Notes under the pieces: model-generated
Told to the model about the DNA's origin: nothing
Database searches by the model: none
Seen by the model: only the letters and a program-made list of their open reading frames with translations
Assembly: GCA_003427395.1 (NCBI GenBank)
Contig: BFEA01000007.1
Span: 1,376,642-1,440,301, forward strand
Source: Chara braunii
Taxonomy: Eukaryota > Plantae > Charophyceae
DNA: 63,660 bases
Direction of reading: 5' to 3'
In this document: positions 37,901-50,400 of the stretch, piece after piece
How positions within the stretch are numbered: the stretch's first letter is position 1
Layout: each line of letters starts with the position of its first letter
Program-made: the position numbers and the translations under genes

Positions 37901-39198
37901 CGAGGGGTATGAGTACAGAGAGTGGTTGGGGTTGACTCCGTGTAATGTTTGGACTTTGTTGGACTTTTAATGTGATTGCAGGTATGTTCAAGGGTTCGAA
38001 TTTTTTATTTGACTGCCTGCGATCACTCATATACATGTGGTTGTGAGGAGTCTCACTGTGATTGTGATAAGTGATCGTCACATACTTACCCCCTTGTATA
38101 TATATAGATATATATATGTGTGTACCTGTGTTGGAAGTTCACATGACCCAGACCAAGGGGCTAGCGTATTAAGGGGTAAATGGCGGGTGAGGTAGGTAGA
38201 AAACCCCCGCCTCTTGATTGTATATTTTTTATGAGTTCTTAATCGGACATTGGTCCTGGGCCGGGATTCGAGGTCCTTGTCCAGGACATCCCAAGCTTTA
38301 GACTTTACATAGAAGGAATTTTTCCCCGCGCAGAGCCTATTCGCCCCGCCTGCTAAGACACTCAAGCCAAATGCGTCAGGTCTCGTGGTGGCTGCACGAC
38401 TATTCCTTCAACCGTGCAATATCGTGAGAGGGTAGACCCTCAAAATACTTCGAGTCTGACACTTCGGTGTCATAAGTGGTACTCGGATCCACGAGGGACT
38501 GCTTGACTGTGGGCACTACATAGTACGCCATCATTGTGACTGCTTGCGTATGCTTGCATTGCGAGTCGATATGAGTAGGCTCTGCGACCGCGCAATTTTA
38601 TACTAAGTCTCGTGCGCAAACACCTATCCAATTCCGCATTAGGAAGTTATGGGATGGCTACCGAGGGACTAGGAGCGTTGTCGCGTTGTTTGTGTTGCGT
38701 CGTATTGTGCGTAGGTTGTGTGTGTCTTATTTTTACGTTCTTTAGAATGGCGTGCGAGTGGTGTGTGGGATGCGTCCTAGTCGACCGACGACGGGTCGCG
38801 CTTGGGACTTCAGCCCCCCAAGATGTCGGTTCGTGTGTGGGTCCGATAGAGGTGTACTACCGCGCGTACCCCCTATGCTACAGCGAACGAGAAACGCCCT
38901 CGGCTGGTCCACCTCTGCTATTGCAGTTGATCAGCTTTCGTACTGTGGACTGGTAGCTCGGCGGGGATACGCCTACCGAAGGGAGGTGACAACTCCAGTA
39001 AGGTGGAGGTAAGTCGTGCCTCTCGTAGGCCCTGTCCTGTCGTAGGGGCTCGCGAGACGTATGGTTGGCACACTCGGCCGGAGTGGCTTGTGGAAGCTCC
39101 ATGTATATTCACGACGAGGATTTAGACCAACTCCTGTGTGACGAGGTCGGGAGGGTCCTGCGCTACCCTTGAGTAGTGTCAGGCCGATGCACTCGACA
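31908..39198 (+). repeat. 3' LTR (7291 bp)
   Basis: TGTCGGTGCGAATACC...GCACTCGACA. Contains ~120-bp subrepeats (GGAAGCGCTGCCGAAATTT) at 36880-37400. Confidence 0.93.
32764..32873 (+). ncRNA. U6 snRNA-derived sequence in the 3' LTR
   Basis: GTCCTTCGGGAC (5' cUUCGg hairpin) ATCCGTTAAAATGAGAACGGTATAGAGAAGGTTAGCTTGGCCCCTGCGCAAGGCTGATGCGAGCATAAA...TTTTT. Same diagnostic substitutions as the 5' LTR copy. Confidence 0.92.
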
Positions 39199-40756
39199 GC
39201 GGAGAAAGGACGGCGGAGAAGACAAAACAAGCAAGAAAGAGGAGAGGATGACGAAGAAGGACAAGAGACACGAAGGGTCCGAAGGGGAGATATGCACTCT
39301 GCCCGCATGCCAATCCGCATATTTACTTTCAAACATTTTGTGAAAAAAAGCACTATGGAAATTGGAGAGGAAATCGTACAGTGTTATGTTTTCACTACCC
39401 GGACCTGAACTCCATTACCTATTTCACTGACAAGCAATTGAGAGAGGAAGACATGAGAGCGACAACACGTTCAGAGAGCCCCAACTCGTTACCTTTTGGG
39501 CGACCCAAAGCCTTCGACGATTTCAACCTCAGAACGGTAATACTACTGTGCACATGACATTCATCGCAAAAGCACAACATACCGCTCTATGCACACTTGT
39601 TCACAACCAAAGACGACGTCATGGAAGAAGTTAATCAACATCTGACCTTGGACAGAGGCGACGCGTTTTATTTCGTCTCACGATAATGTGGCCTTGCGGC
39701 AAGGTCCTCAAGCACCAGGCTTACATTTTGTTCCGTTGAAAACGAAGAAAAAAAAAAGAAAATAACATTTTTTATAATCTCGAACGCAACCTCTTTAGCA
39801 AGGCAAAATGATTTCTGGTCGTGCGATGCAAGAGATCGGGCAACCACTATTACGTCCACCCACTGACGTTTCTCGTTGGTCCTCTGAGCCTTTTGCTACC
39901 GTCCCCGAATCTGACCAACGAAGTCTGCCAGAGCAATTCGCAATCCACGGGGTTATCGACTCTGGAGCTAGCAGTAAAAACCAGATAAAGTGATTTGTAA
40001 GTAAACACATACAAAGAACTTGCAGGTTATGCATTGATAAGAGACATAATCTTCATTGCCCTTTATCTTTCCTCTAAGACTTCTTTTTATTTTCCTTGTG
40101 CTGAGAAAGAAAAAAAAAAAAAAAAGAGAAAAAGAGAGAAAAATAAATAAATAAAAAAAAATCGACATTAAGACTTAGTTATTTAATGACACTCTGAATT
40201 GACATTATACGAACAACAATATTGAAGAGTTCATTGCATAGTTGATTTTTTTTCAAAAAAAATAAATAAATAAAAAATTCAAATCTTATACATACTTATC
40301 AATGACGAGCAGTTCTTAATAATAGCATGAGTACACATATATATATCTATAAAATGGATGTATCTGAGCAACTGCAATATGCACGTCTTGTATACAAAAT
40401 CCTACATAGTATTAACATGTCTTCATCCTAAATATTATTCATCTATACAATGAATATATCTGATCAACTGCGATATGTATGTTTTATAAACAAACTCCTA
40501 CACAATATTAACGTATTTTCATTTAAAGGATTTTATCTCTAATTAGTTTATTTCTTTTCATTCTTTAGAATTACAATTTATATAATATTGAAGCTAATAA
40601 TTCAATTTATATTTATTTATATATTCATACATACTCATTTAGTTGTTATATATGTTTGTTGTATTGTTTATACTTCTGTTCTTTTCATGAAGAAACAGGG
40701 AAAATTCATTTCAAACTGAGAGTTACATTTTTTGAAATTCACTTTGAAATTCAAGA

Positions 40757-41752
40757 ATGGATCTTCCTTCGAGTACAAGAGAAAGACATATCTGATTTTA
40801 CCGTTCAGCAGAGACACCACTTTTAAACTCTGTGCTTCGCAATTATTATCCTCAAAATGTTCACGCTCTGCCGAATCCGTTCATACCACAGCGAAATATT
40901 CTACCGGGATTTTTCATTGTATTTTCACGAATAGTTTATAGCATCGTCAATAACCCAATTGTTGCACCATCTTTGGACGATTTTTTTGTCATCGATCCTT
41001 TCCGTACAATTTTAATACCGTTCTCACTTTTCGTTCGCCATTAGTATCCCATTGAAGTTACAAGAGCACAATATACATATCATTCCGAATATAATTCTTG
41101 ACGTAACATTGATCATCTATTCAATTTCTTACGACATTCTGCATTATTAACATTTCGTTCAAATGAAAAAATATTTTTCATTATTGAACATGACGTCCGT
41201 GTACGAATATTATTGCACTCATATTTTTCCTACAATATTTTTTCTTTAATCACTTTAAATGGACGTACATTGCATTCTTTATCTTTCTGAGGAACAAAAA
41301 TGTACGATGAAAATGTTGCACAATACGTAAGAGTTAATTGTACTAATTTCATAATTGTCTTTTATTCACTAACAATTTGTTTATGTACATTCATTACTCT
41401 TGTATCAAAATAATTATCCCGTTTCAGAGGATTTTCTCTAAGGCAATTTTTTGTTAACCATTCTTATGATTCAGTTATATTAACATCACTTATTGACCTT
41501 AGCCAACATTTGTTATTTGCTTTCGCTCACAATGAAAACAACAATCCTGCTTTTCTTGCTGAATATTTTCTTTGTGGACCTGGACAATGGTTTTATTACA
41601 TAATTAACCGCATTACTAATTGTTCATTGTCATATTCCTACTTTCCTTCTCATCCTATTCATTCACTGTTGTCTTTTGCACAATTTCAATGTGTTTTCAG
41701 AATCGCTAACAATGCGAATGATTTAGCAATTTTTACAATTCAACCATTATGA
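40757..41752 (+). pseudogene. AT-rich, intronless fossil ORF (~331 codons) of unknown origin
   Basis: One frame from ATG 40757 to TGA 41752 links listed ORFs 40832-41044 and 41510-41752. It has only 5 internal stops (3 TGA, 1 TAG, 1 TAA), each one C>T step from CGA, CAG or CAA, and no frameshift. Confidence 0.6.
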
Positions 41753-42634
41753 AAGAGATTAAACAATATATTCGAAATTTTTTTTTTTCATTCATCAACT
41801 ATTATTTTTTATAATATAAAATGCTTCATTATTAGTTATAATACAAATCATTTGACATTTTTCATAGTTAATCTTTCGAGAAGATAGTCCAATATGTTAT
41901 ATGCAAATTAGCCTAGACATCAGATCAGTATGAAGTGCTTCATGATTAGTTACAATACAGATGACTTAACATTTTTCATAGTTCATTTTTTAAGGAGATT
42001 GAGCAATTTGTTATATACAAATTACGTCAGACATTAGATTAGTAAATAACATTTAGTACGCAACGAATTAATAATAGATAAACGTTTTTTTTTTTGCAAT
42101 ATTCATATAAGTAACATATATGTCTTTATAAATATAAAATAATGAGTAATATTTTAAAATTTCAAAATAAACTTGATCAATAAGATTATTTATTATTGTT
42201 ATTATAAGATATAAGTTTATACATTCTTCGAAATTTTTAATATGTTTTTTTTTTTTTTTTTTTTTTTTNNTTNTNTTTTTCAAATTTTTTTNTAAAATTG
42301 CAAGTGACAAATATTTTTTTTNAAATAATTNNATNNAAAATNTTTTTTTTNNAATGTTTTTTTTTTTTTTTTCAATTGTAGACTTATATATATATTTTTT
42401 GTATCCTTATTTTCTCACTTCAATTGTTTTTACTTTGTTTTTGCAGAAATTCGATTTTAAAGAAAACGCTAGGTCACCAATGGTCCGGGAGCCGGTCGTG
42501 TCCCCTAGACATCTCCTCGGACGTCCGTGGTCCGGGTCGTTCGGATTTCCGAACGACGGTTTTTTCGGGGGCAAAAATAGTCAAAAAAAAAAAAAAAAGT
42601 CTTATAGGAAATAAACCCTCCATATTAGCACGTT

Positions 42635-43043
42635 TTCACTTTCTTTTTGCACATTTCGAGAGTAGTCGAGCCAGGGGGCTCCCCTACTTTCGAAATGTGC
42701 AAAACTAGAGTGAATCTTGCGCGAGAACATGGAAACATGCATGACTACGAGGCCCCAATGATGACACGCATAGGTACGGAACTCTGAGAAGGAAAAACAA
42801 AAAAGGAAAAAAAAAAGAAAAGAAACTGGGTCGTTGTCAGCACGTGGTTCCCCTAGGGCTTGTACGTTGTTATCAGCCCGTGTATTTCGTTGGGCCCCCG
42901 TATCTCCGATGCACAAAAGACAAAAATCATGGCCTTCTATATTTCCATGTTATAGCGAAGATTCACTCTCGTTTTGCATATTTCGAGATCAATCGTGGAA
43001 ACAGAGAGTGAATCTTCCACTCGAACATGGAAAGATACAACGC

Positions 43044-43077
<34 letters not shown>

Positions 43078-43226
43078 GGGGAAAATAGCCTGCCCCTCGG
43101 ACATAGATCACTAGACTGCAGCCACACGACGGAGGAGTTTAGCCCGGAGTATAAACTTTAGACAGGACTGGACTTCAAAACGACAGTTCGAAACATATTT
43201 TCAAACTTTAACCCTCACCGCGCCCT

Positions 43227-43261
<35 letters not shown>

Positions 43262-45447
43262 TTTTTTAGTTTATGTGTATGTGCATGTGTGTGTGTGTGT
43301 GTGCGTGTCTCTGCTGTCCTGTTGGTTATACACAACTCCACACAAGAGGAAGAAGAAAACAAAAATCAAGCATGACTGTGTCAGACTGTTCCGTTCACCG
43401 AATCATCAAGAGATTGTGTGTGTGTGGAGAGAGAGAAAAAAAAAAAAAAAAAAAAAAAAGAGAAAGAAAAAAAAAAAGAGCGAGGGACAAAGAAAGAGAA
43501 AGAGAGAAAGACATAGAGAGAGTGACAAAGACAGGAAAAAAGAGAGAGAGAGAGAGAGAAAGGAAAAAAAAAGATAAAGTAGCAGAGAAAGGAAAAAAAA
43601 AGATAAAGTAGCAGAGAAAGAAAAACAAATGAAGAAAGAGGGGAAAAAAAAAAAAAAGTAACTCACCTGTTTTTCGCGTCGACGAAACGCTAGCTATGGC
43701 ACTCGGAGTTCAGAAGCTCTTGCTGAGTGAAACAAGAACCGCCACTAATGGCTAGCCGCAGTTGTTTTTGCTGCGTTCGGCTCTACGTGAACCACCCTGC
43801 CCTCCCGCCAATTCTTCTCTCTGTCCCCCCTCCTACGTGAACGACCCTTGCACTCCGGCCTTGACCCGAATCATTCAGAAATCCTCTCTCCAACACCAAC
43901 AGCACCAATAGTACGTGAAAGACTGCTCTACTCATAGATCTATTCACTGAATCACGCTCACCTGCCTCATTCTCGTCACCGCCTGCTTCGTCTACTTCTC
44001 CTTCGCCAGCGCCACCAAGGCACACGGAGCCGAGAAAAACGAATACAGCTTTGTCTTTTTTTTCTTTTTTCTTTTTTCTTTCCTGCTCTCCTTCTCACTC
44101 TCCTTCCTTCTTTCGTTCTCACTGACTACAGTAACGAAAACAGCCTTCGACTGCACAATCCGTATTTCGTATACTTTTTTTTTCTCCACGCACACTAACT
44201 TTTATACACAAATTTGGTCTGAATCGTATCGCACTTCTATGTCTCTCGTAGAGCTGAAAGCACAGAAGTAGGATTCAGTAGGGGCACGACAGTCGACTTG
44301 AGAAAAAAAAAAAAAAAAAAAAAAAAAAAACCAATTGAATTTCAGTCCTTGCCTAAGACCAGTCACATCATACTTCACAACCTCAATCGGGCCTTCATAC
44401 AATCGTTCGTTCATCGACATAAAAAGTCGTTCGTTTGTTTATCGACGGAAAAAAAAAAACGAGAAAGAAGGAAAAAAAAACAAAGAAAAAAAAACAAAAA
44501 AAAATCAAACTTGACTGTTGACAAATAGAGGACCAAATCGAACGACCCGCTTGTCTAAGAACAGGCTTTAGTCGCCGAGAAAACGAGACCCCTTCTCTGG
44601 ATTTTCGATTTCGTCCCCCCCCCAAAAAAAACTGGAGTCGACGACTTGTCTCGATTTCGATCCCCCAAAAAAAAAGGCCAGAGTCGACGACTCGTCGATG
44701 ATCAAATCGACTGCCCACCTAGCCAAAAAAAAAAACACAGTCGATTCGTCGACAAGCAAATTGACTAGCTGCTTGCTTTCGACGCAAAAAAAAAAGTTTA
44801 ACCTACCTACCCTTTATCCCCCCCCCCAAAAAGCCCAGAGTCGAGACTTGTCGATGACCAAACTTGAACGTGAACGTGAATCGGTTCTCTGAGGTGACGT
44901 TCGCGTTTGAATGTTCGTTTCGTGGAACAAAACGAACGAAAATAAATTTAAATTTTATTTTAATTTATTTTTTTGTCGACGACTCGTCTCGATTTTTTTT
45001 TCGATTTCGACCCCCCTAAAAAAAAAGCCAGAGTCGAGTGCTCGTCGACGATCAAATCGACAACCCGCCTAGCAAAAATAAAGGCCAAAATCGACTCGTC
45101 GACAAATAAATGGACGAACCGCTTGCTTTCGACGACATAAAAAAAACTAAACTTACGTACCCCTTACCCCCCCCCCAAAAGCCAGTGTCGAGACTCGTCG
45201 ACGACCAAAATGAACATAAAGGTGAACGAGTTCCCTGAAGTGACGTTCATGCTTGAAATGAAAAAAAAAAAAAAAGATAAAAAAAAAAGATAAAAATAAA
45301 AAAATAAATAAAATTTTAAAAAATATAAAAATAAGAAAAGGAAAGACCTTAAAAAAGATACGAGTAAGAAAAGGAAAGACCTTAAACCACCAGTACCTCT
45401 GAGCCTGTTTTTGCCGACCCTGATTTTCACTGCGCTCCGAGTTTTGC
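42635..45447 (-). repeat. ~2.8-kb composite repeat, copy 2 (inverted)
   Basis: Reverse complement of 15706-18490 with scattered substitutions and homopolymer differences. Confidence 0.9.
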
Positions 45448-46751
45448 CGAGCTTGGGACCCACTCCATTTCTTTATGGTACTCTCANNNNNNNNNNNNNN
45501 NNNNNNNNNNNNNNNNNNNNNNNNNNNNNNNNNNNNNNNNNNNNNNNNNNNNNNNNNNNNNNNNNNNNNNNNNNNNNNNNNNNNNNNNNNNNNNNNNNNN
45601 NNNNNNNNNNNNNNNNNNNNNNNNNNNNNNNNNNNNNNNNNNNNNNNNNNNNNNNNNNNNNNNNNNNNNNNNNNNNNNNNNNNNNNNNNNNNNNNNNNNN
45701 NNNNNNNNNNNNNNNNNNNNNNNNNNNNNNNNNNNNNNNNNNNNNNNNNNNNNNNNNNNNNNNNNNNNNNNNNNNNNNNNNNNNNNNNNNNNNNNNNNNN
45801 NNNNNNNNNNNNNNNNNNNNNNNNNNNNNNNNNNNNNNNNNNNNNNNNNNNNNNNNNNNNNNNNNNNNNNNNNNNNNNNNNNNNNNNNNNNNNNNNNNNN
45901 NNNNNNNNNNNNNNNNNNNNNNNNNNNNNNNNNNNNNNNNNNNNNNNNNNNNNNNNNNNNNNNNNNNNNNNNNNNNNNNNNNNNNNNNNNNNNNNNNNNN
46001 NNNNNNNNNNNNNNNNNNNNNNNNNGACATCATTGCAGTACAAAGGCCTTTTTTTTTCATTTTTCTTACGTGCACGACAAAAGAAAACTACGATTTTTGG
46101 GACATCGCCGACCGCGTGTGCGAACCCCCGAAACTTCGGATACTGGCGAGGACAACGTAATTTCCCAACATTGGCGGAGGTACTGGTGGTTTAAGCCGCC
46201 CCGCCCCCCCCCAAAAAAAAAAAAAAAAAAAAAAAAATTAAGGCCAAAAAAAAAAAGATAAACAATGACGAAAAAAAAAAGGGGGAAAACAAATTAAAAG
46301 AATTATTTACAAAAAAAGAAAGAACTCGAAGTGGTGCTGTAAAACGAAACGTCACAAACGACGGCCAATTTGTTTCATGAACAAATCGAACGACCAAAAT
46401 CATTATAAAAAAAATAATAAAAAAATGAAAAAGTCCCCCAATCCATAAAAAACCCTCCTACAACCCCCCAAAAAACACTCAACCCTCCACCTGAAAAGGA
46501 AATGTGGTCGCCGCCCATCATAAGCCTGATGAACCGACCAATTTGCCCAAAGCGTGCGACGACCACCAGCACTACCGGTCTGCCTCCTAACCGCGACCTT
46601 ACCCTTCTCCCCCCCCTCTAAAGCACAAAAACACCCCCCCGAAGCTCATTTCAAGTCCACGATATTTCCCAAACAGGAAAGAAAACCTTGCAACCCAGGT
46701 AAGCACAGCCTCTGGCTGTGAACAGGCCCCAGCTAACTCAAAATTATTTCA

Positions 46752-46822
46752 TGGCGTTCACCTAGGTTCGAACTTGGGTCCATATGTTACCAGTCCATCC
46801 GTGTGCCGAGTGAGCTAAGCCC
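46752..46822 (-). pseudogene. tRNA-derived sequence (SINE head or pseudogene; Thr-GGT-like loop)
   Basis: Minus strand GGGCTTAGCTCACTCGG...ACTGGTAA...CCCAAGTTCGAACCTAGGTGAACGCCA has an A-box and a B-box; the stems are imperfect. Confidence 0.55.
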
Positions 46823-47457
46823 ATTTGGACCATGACCCAAAACGTTAGTAATGAAGCAGGGCCTCGTTCGACACCACTACAAAACCCTTACATGTAAGGT
46901 TTTCATCGTTCCACCCCTCCCTTATCCCGAAGAAAAAGAAGTCGAACTTGTTTTCACATTCGCGGCCGGAAGGGCTGGCCCTACAAAAGTAAGGATTCCC
47001 CAGCCAAAACAGACCTTGATGTAAGGAGGCCCGTGGAGGTGACTTGAAAGTAGGGGGTGGCACCCTTACATCTGCGAAAGAACCATTTTTATTTTTGATT
47101 TTTTCAGGTGTGTCTTTCGGCTACTTAGAAGGCAAACGGAAGCACCTGAAATGTAAGTGCCCCTAAGTGTAGGGTTTTCGTAAGTGGTTGTGGAACGAAA
47201 AATGAGGTAAGGAAAAATTAATAACCTTTTTTTTTTTTTTTTTTTTTTTTTTTCCCTCAAAACCTTGGCTCTTTTCTATTTGTGGGGAGCAGCACCAGCT
47301 GGGAAACGGGCCCAGCGTCCCTCATACACATAGAAACAGAAACACAAAGAGAGTCTTTGGGGCCGGGTTCCCCGTGATCTACCCGGTGTATCTGGAGAGA
47401 CCTTCCAGTATAGGAAAGCTTCGATGTTTCCACGACCACCTCCCCCTTCCCTCTCAA

Positions 47458-50400
47458 CTATGAGCTGCCAGCTGTGGAGGATGAAGAACTGGGATTGGGC
47501 AGGTGGCCCCATAATGACTCTGCGTAAAATATCTTATTCCCTACGGATAATCCCGCCCACTTGAAAGGACTAAACCATTTCCGTTCGAAGAGTTCCTTCG
47601 CTATATCTACCGGAGCACATTGACGCTTGGTCTTGGACCAATCTGCTGTAATCTCCAATCTTAATGATCCTCTAAACTCGGCTAATATGGATGTGAGGGA
47701 AGGTTTGGAGTTAAGAAAACTTTTGTCCCGTCTAACTATCCATAAAGCCCAGAAGGCTCTTCTTCTGAAGATCTGTGCCACCTTGTCCGCCTGTTGATTT
47801 CTGAGAGAATTAGGAACTCTGTTCGTGAGCACAAAGTCTTGGTTCCAAAAGTCTGTAACTGAGTAACTTTCCTTCCAGAGGGAATTGAGAAATTCCCAGA
47901 AACCTCTCGCAATGACACACTCCCACCACAGATGTAGCCAGTCCTCCAGGGACGGGTGGGAACAGGCTTTGCATATTGTTGAGATTTTCATTCCCCTCTC
48001 TGAGCACCAGAGGGCGGTGGGGACGCAGGAGTGAAGATGAAGCCATTGGAGTCCCCCGACTTTTGTTTCCTGTGAAGAGAGAATCAATTGAATAAAGAAA
48101 AGAACCCAAGAAGAAGAAATAAGATTTAGCTTAAGTGATGCCATTCTATGTTGCCAGTTAACCGTCAGGCCAGCTTGGACAATGTGGACTTGTGACTGAA
48201 TGCTATATCCTATTTTGCCAGTATAATAGGTTATCGGTACTTTCTGAACTTCTTTACCTGGAGCAGAAATCTTCCAACCTATTCTATTAATATCAATTTT
48301 CCAGTCCTGGTAACTGTTGAACAAGGTTGAGATCCTAAAGAATTCGTATGAGTCTTGCTGTACTGTTATTTCTTGCATGCCATCCAAACAGGAGGGCGTT
48401 GATGGTTTAACTTGATGGAGGACTGATTCCCTCTGTAACTATTCTGAGGCCTCCACTGAACCATCAGAGTTGACATTTTCCACTCTGAAGAGAGGAGCAT
48501 CGGTGGGTGAGTCCTTGAACCATCGTTGTACCTTGTAAGTCGTTGACAGGTGAGACAAGACCGTGATCCACTTTGCGGGGATTGCTACGATTAATGTTGC
48601 CAGGTGTGTGTCCACTTGACGCAGGCCTGTCAACTTTTGTCTGAGTTGAGATGCATCCTTCCAATCCTTCCTGTCCGTGTCCCAGATGTGACGTACCAGC
48701 CAGATGTCACGCTGCATCCATTTCCTGCCGAAATTTCTGGGGCCCTTTGCCACAGAGAACTGAGATCCTAATTGATTAGTAATCATGTTACTTTCAAATA
48801 GACAGGAGTTGAGAATTTCCTCTGTGGAGGAGGGTTCCTCCAGAGCTTGGGGGAGCAATTTCCCCCAGGCCCTAAGAATTCCTTCCCAAGTTTTCGTCGA
48901 GGGGCGGGCTGTGAAGGGCTTCATTAGTAGGGCTTGCCATATCGCTTCAGGGTCCGACAGTTCCCACCGATCAGCTAAAGAGTGTTGGGCGAGAATGATC
49001 CATGGCTGCTTTTCTTTGGCGGTCAGAGCTCTAACTGGCCATTTCGCCAGTAGTGCCCTATTTTGGGCTTCGGGGTCTAAAATCCCCAACCCTCCTGACT
49101 TATTTTTCTCTGTTATTTTCGACCAGCTAACTTTAGACAGAACTGATTGGGCCTCCGAGTCTCCTTTCCACAGAAAAAGGGAAAGGAACCTTCTAATATG
49201 CGTAGCCGTATTTGGTGGTAGCGATTATATGGATAAAATAAACCATAGCTTTGAAGAAATAAATGTATTTATTACCATTGCTCTACCAAATAGCGACAGG
49301 AACCTTGTTTTAGACCAGCTCGAGCATGTGTCTCTGATGTTATTTTCTATTATAGAGTTTTGTACAGCGTTGGAGTCACCAAAAGAAACCTGAACCCCCA
49401 AGTATCTCTCTGCAACCGCTTGGGGTTTGACTGTTATACCCAGATTCAAGGCCAAGGGTTCTCCATTGGGAGTGAGGGCTACCGATTTTTGCCAACTAAC
49501 TCTCATTTCGGATGCCATTTTGTAGGCAGATATGCATTGTTCAAGGGCCGACAATGATGAAACTGAGTTTTCCGAGATGGCTGAGAAGTCGTCTGCTAGC
49601 GCGGAGACTTTGATAGAATAAGAAGGGGAGACCTGTAAGCCCTCGTAGTCTGGGTGGTGTCTCAACATGTTCAGAATAATTTCCAACTGGATCACAAAAA
49701 GGGATGGAGCCAGGGGGCAGCCCTGTCGCAGGGATCTAGTGACCTTAAAGGGGGAAGAAGGGGAGCCGTTCACTAAGACTCTACCTATCGATGCTCAGTA
49801 AAGAGTTCTTACGAAAGATCGAAATTTAAGTCCTACTCCTACCCTTTCTAATATTGCCTGTAAGAAGTTCCAGTTGACTCTGTCATAGGCTTTCTGAAAG
49901 TCTATCAGGATGACCGTTTTGTTCAGGTTGTGTTGATTAATCCAATCAATGGACTGCGATATCGACGTAACGTTATCCAAGACTTGCCTCCCTGGTACAA
50001 AACCAGATTGGTCCGATTGCACTAGTATGTTTAGCATGGGCTTTATACGGAGTGCTAGGGTTTTAGCAAGAATTTTACCATGGACATTGAGTAAAGAGAT
50101 AGGTCTATAGTTGCGAACATCCGTTCTGTCACCCTTCTTGTATAGAAGGGTAATAATCCCTTCCGTAGCGCTAGGGCCAATGGGGTTACCTGTCAGGATC
50201 TGATTGAATACCCTGAGGATGTCGGGAGCAAGAAGAGACCAAAAACGAAGGTATAATTCTACCGAGAGTCCGTCTGGGCCTGGGCATTTGCCCTTGGCCA
50301 TACTGTTTAGGGTTGCGGTGATTTCCGATAGAGTGATTGGTGATTCTAGTAGGGAGGCTTGTTGATCAGATAGGATTTTGGAAGTAAAACTCCATAGGAA

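Larger units (their letters stand above)
20813..39198 (+). mobile_element. Non-autonomous Ty3/gypsy-type LTR retrotransposon (Athila/Tat-like PBS), 18.4 kb, with U6 snRNA-derived sequence in both LTRs
   Basis: Direct repeats 20813-25690 and 31908-39198, both TGTCGG...TC(A/G)ACA. GCGG on both flanks (20809-20812 and 39199-39202). PBS follows the left LTR. Decayed gag with zinc knuckles; no recognisable RT, RNase H or integrase. Confidence 0.93.

Noticed and set aside
45153-46194. Long ORFs here and at 1034-1806, 8728-9335 and 58980-59832
   Set aside because: Artefacts of N gaps and simple repeats.
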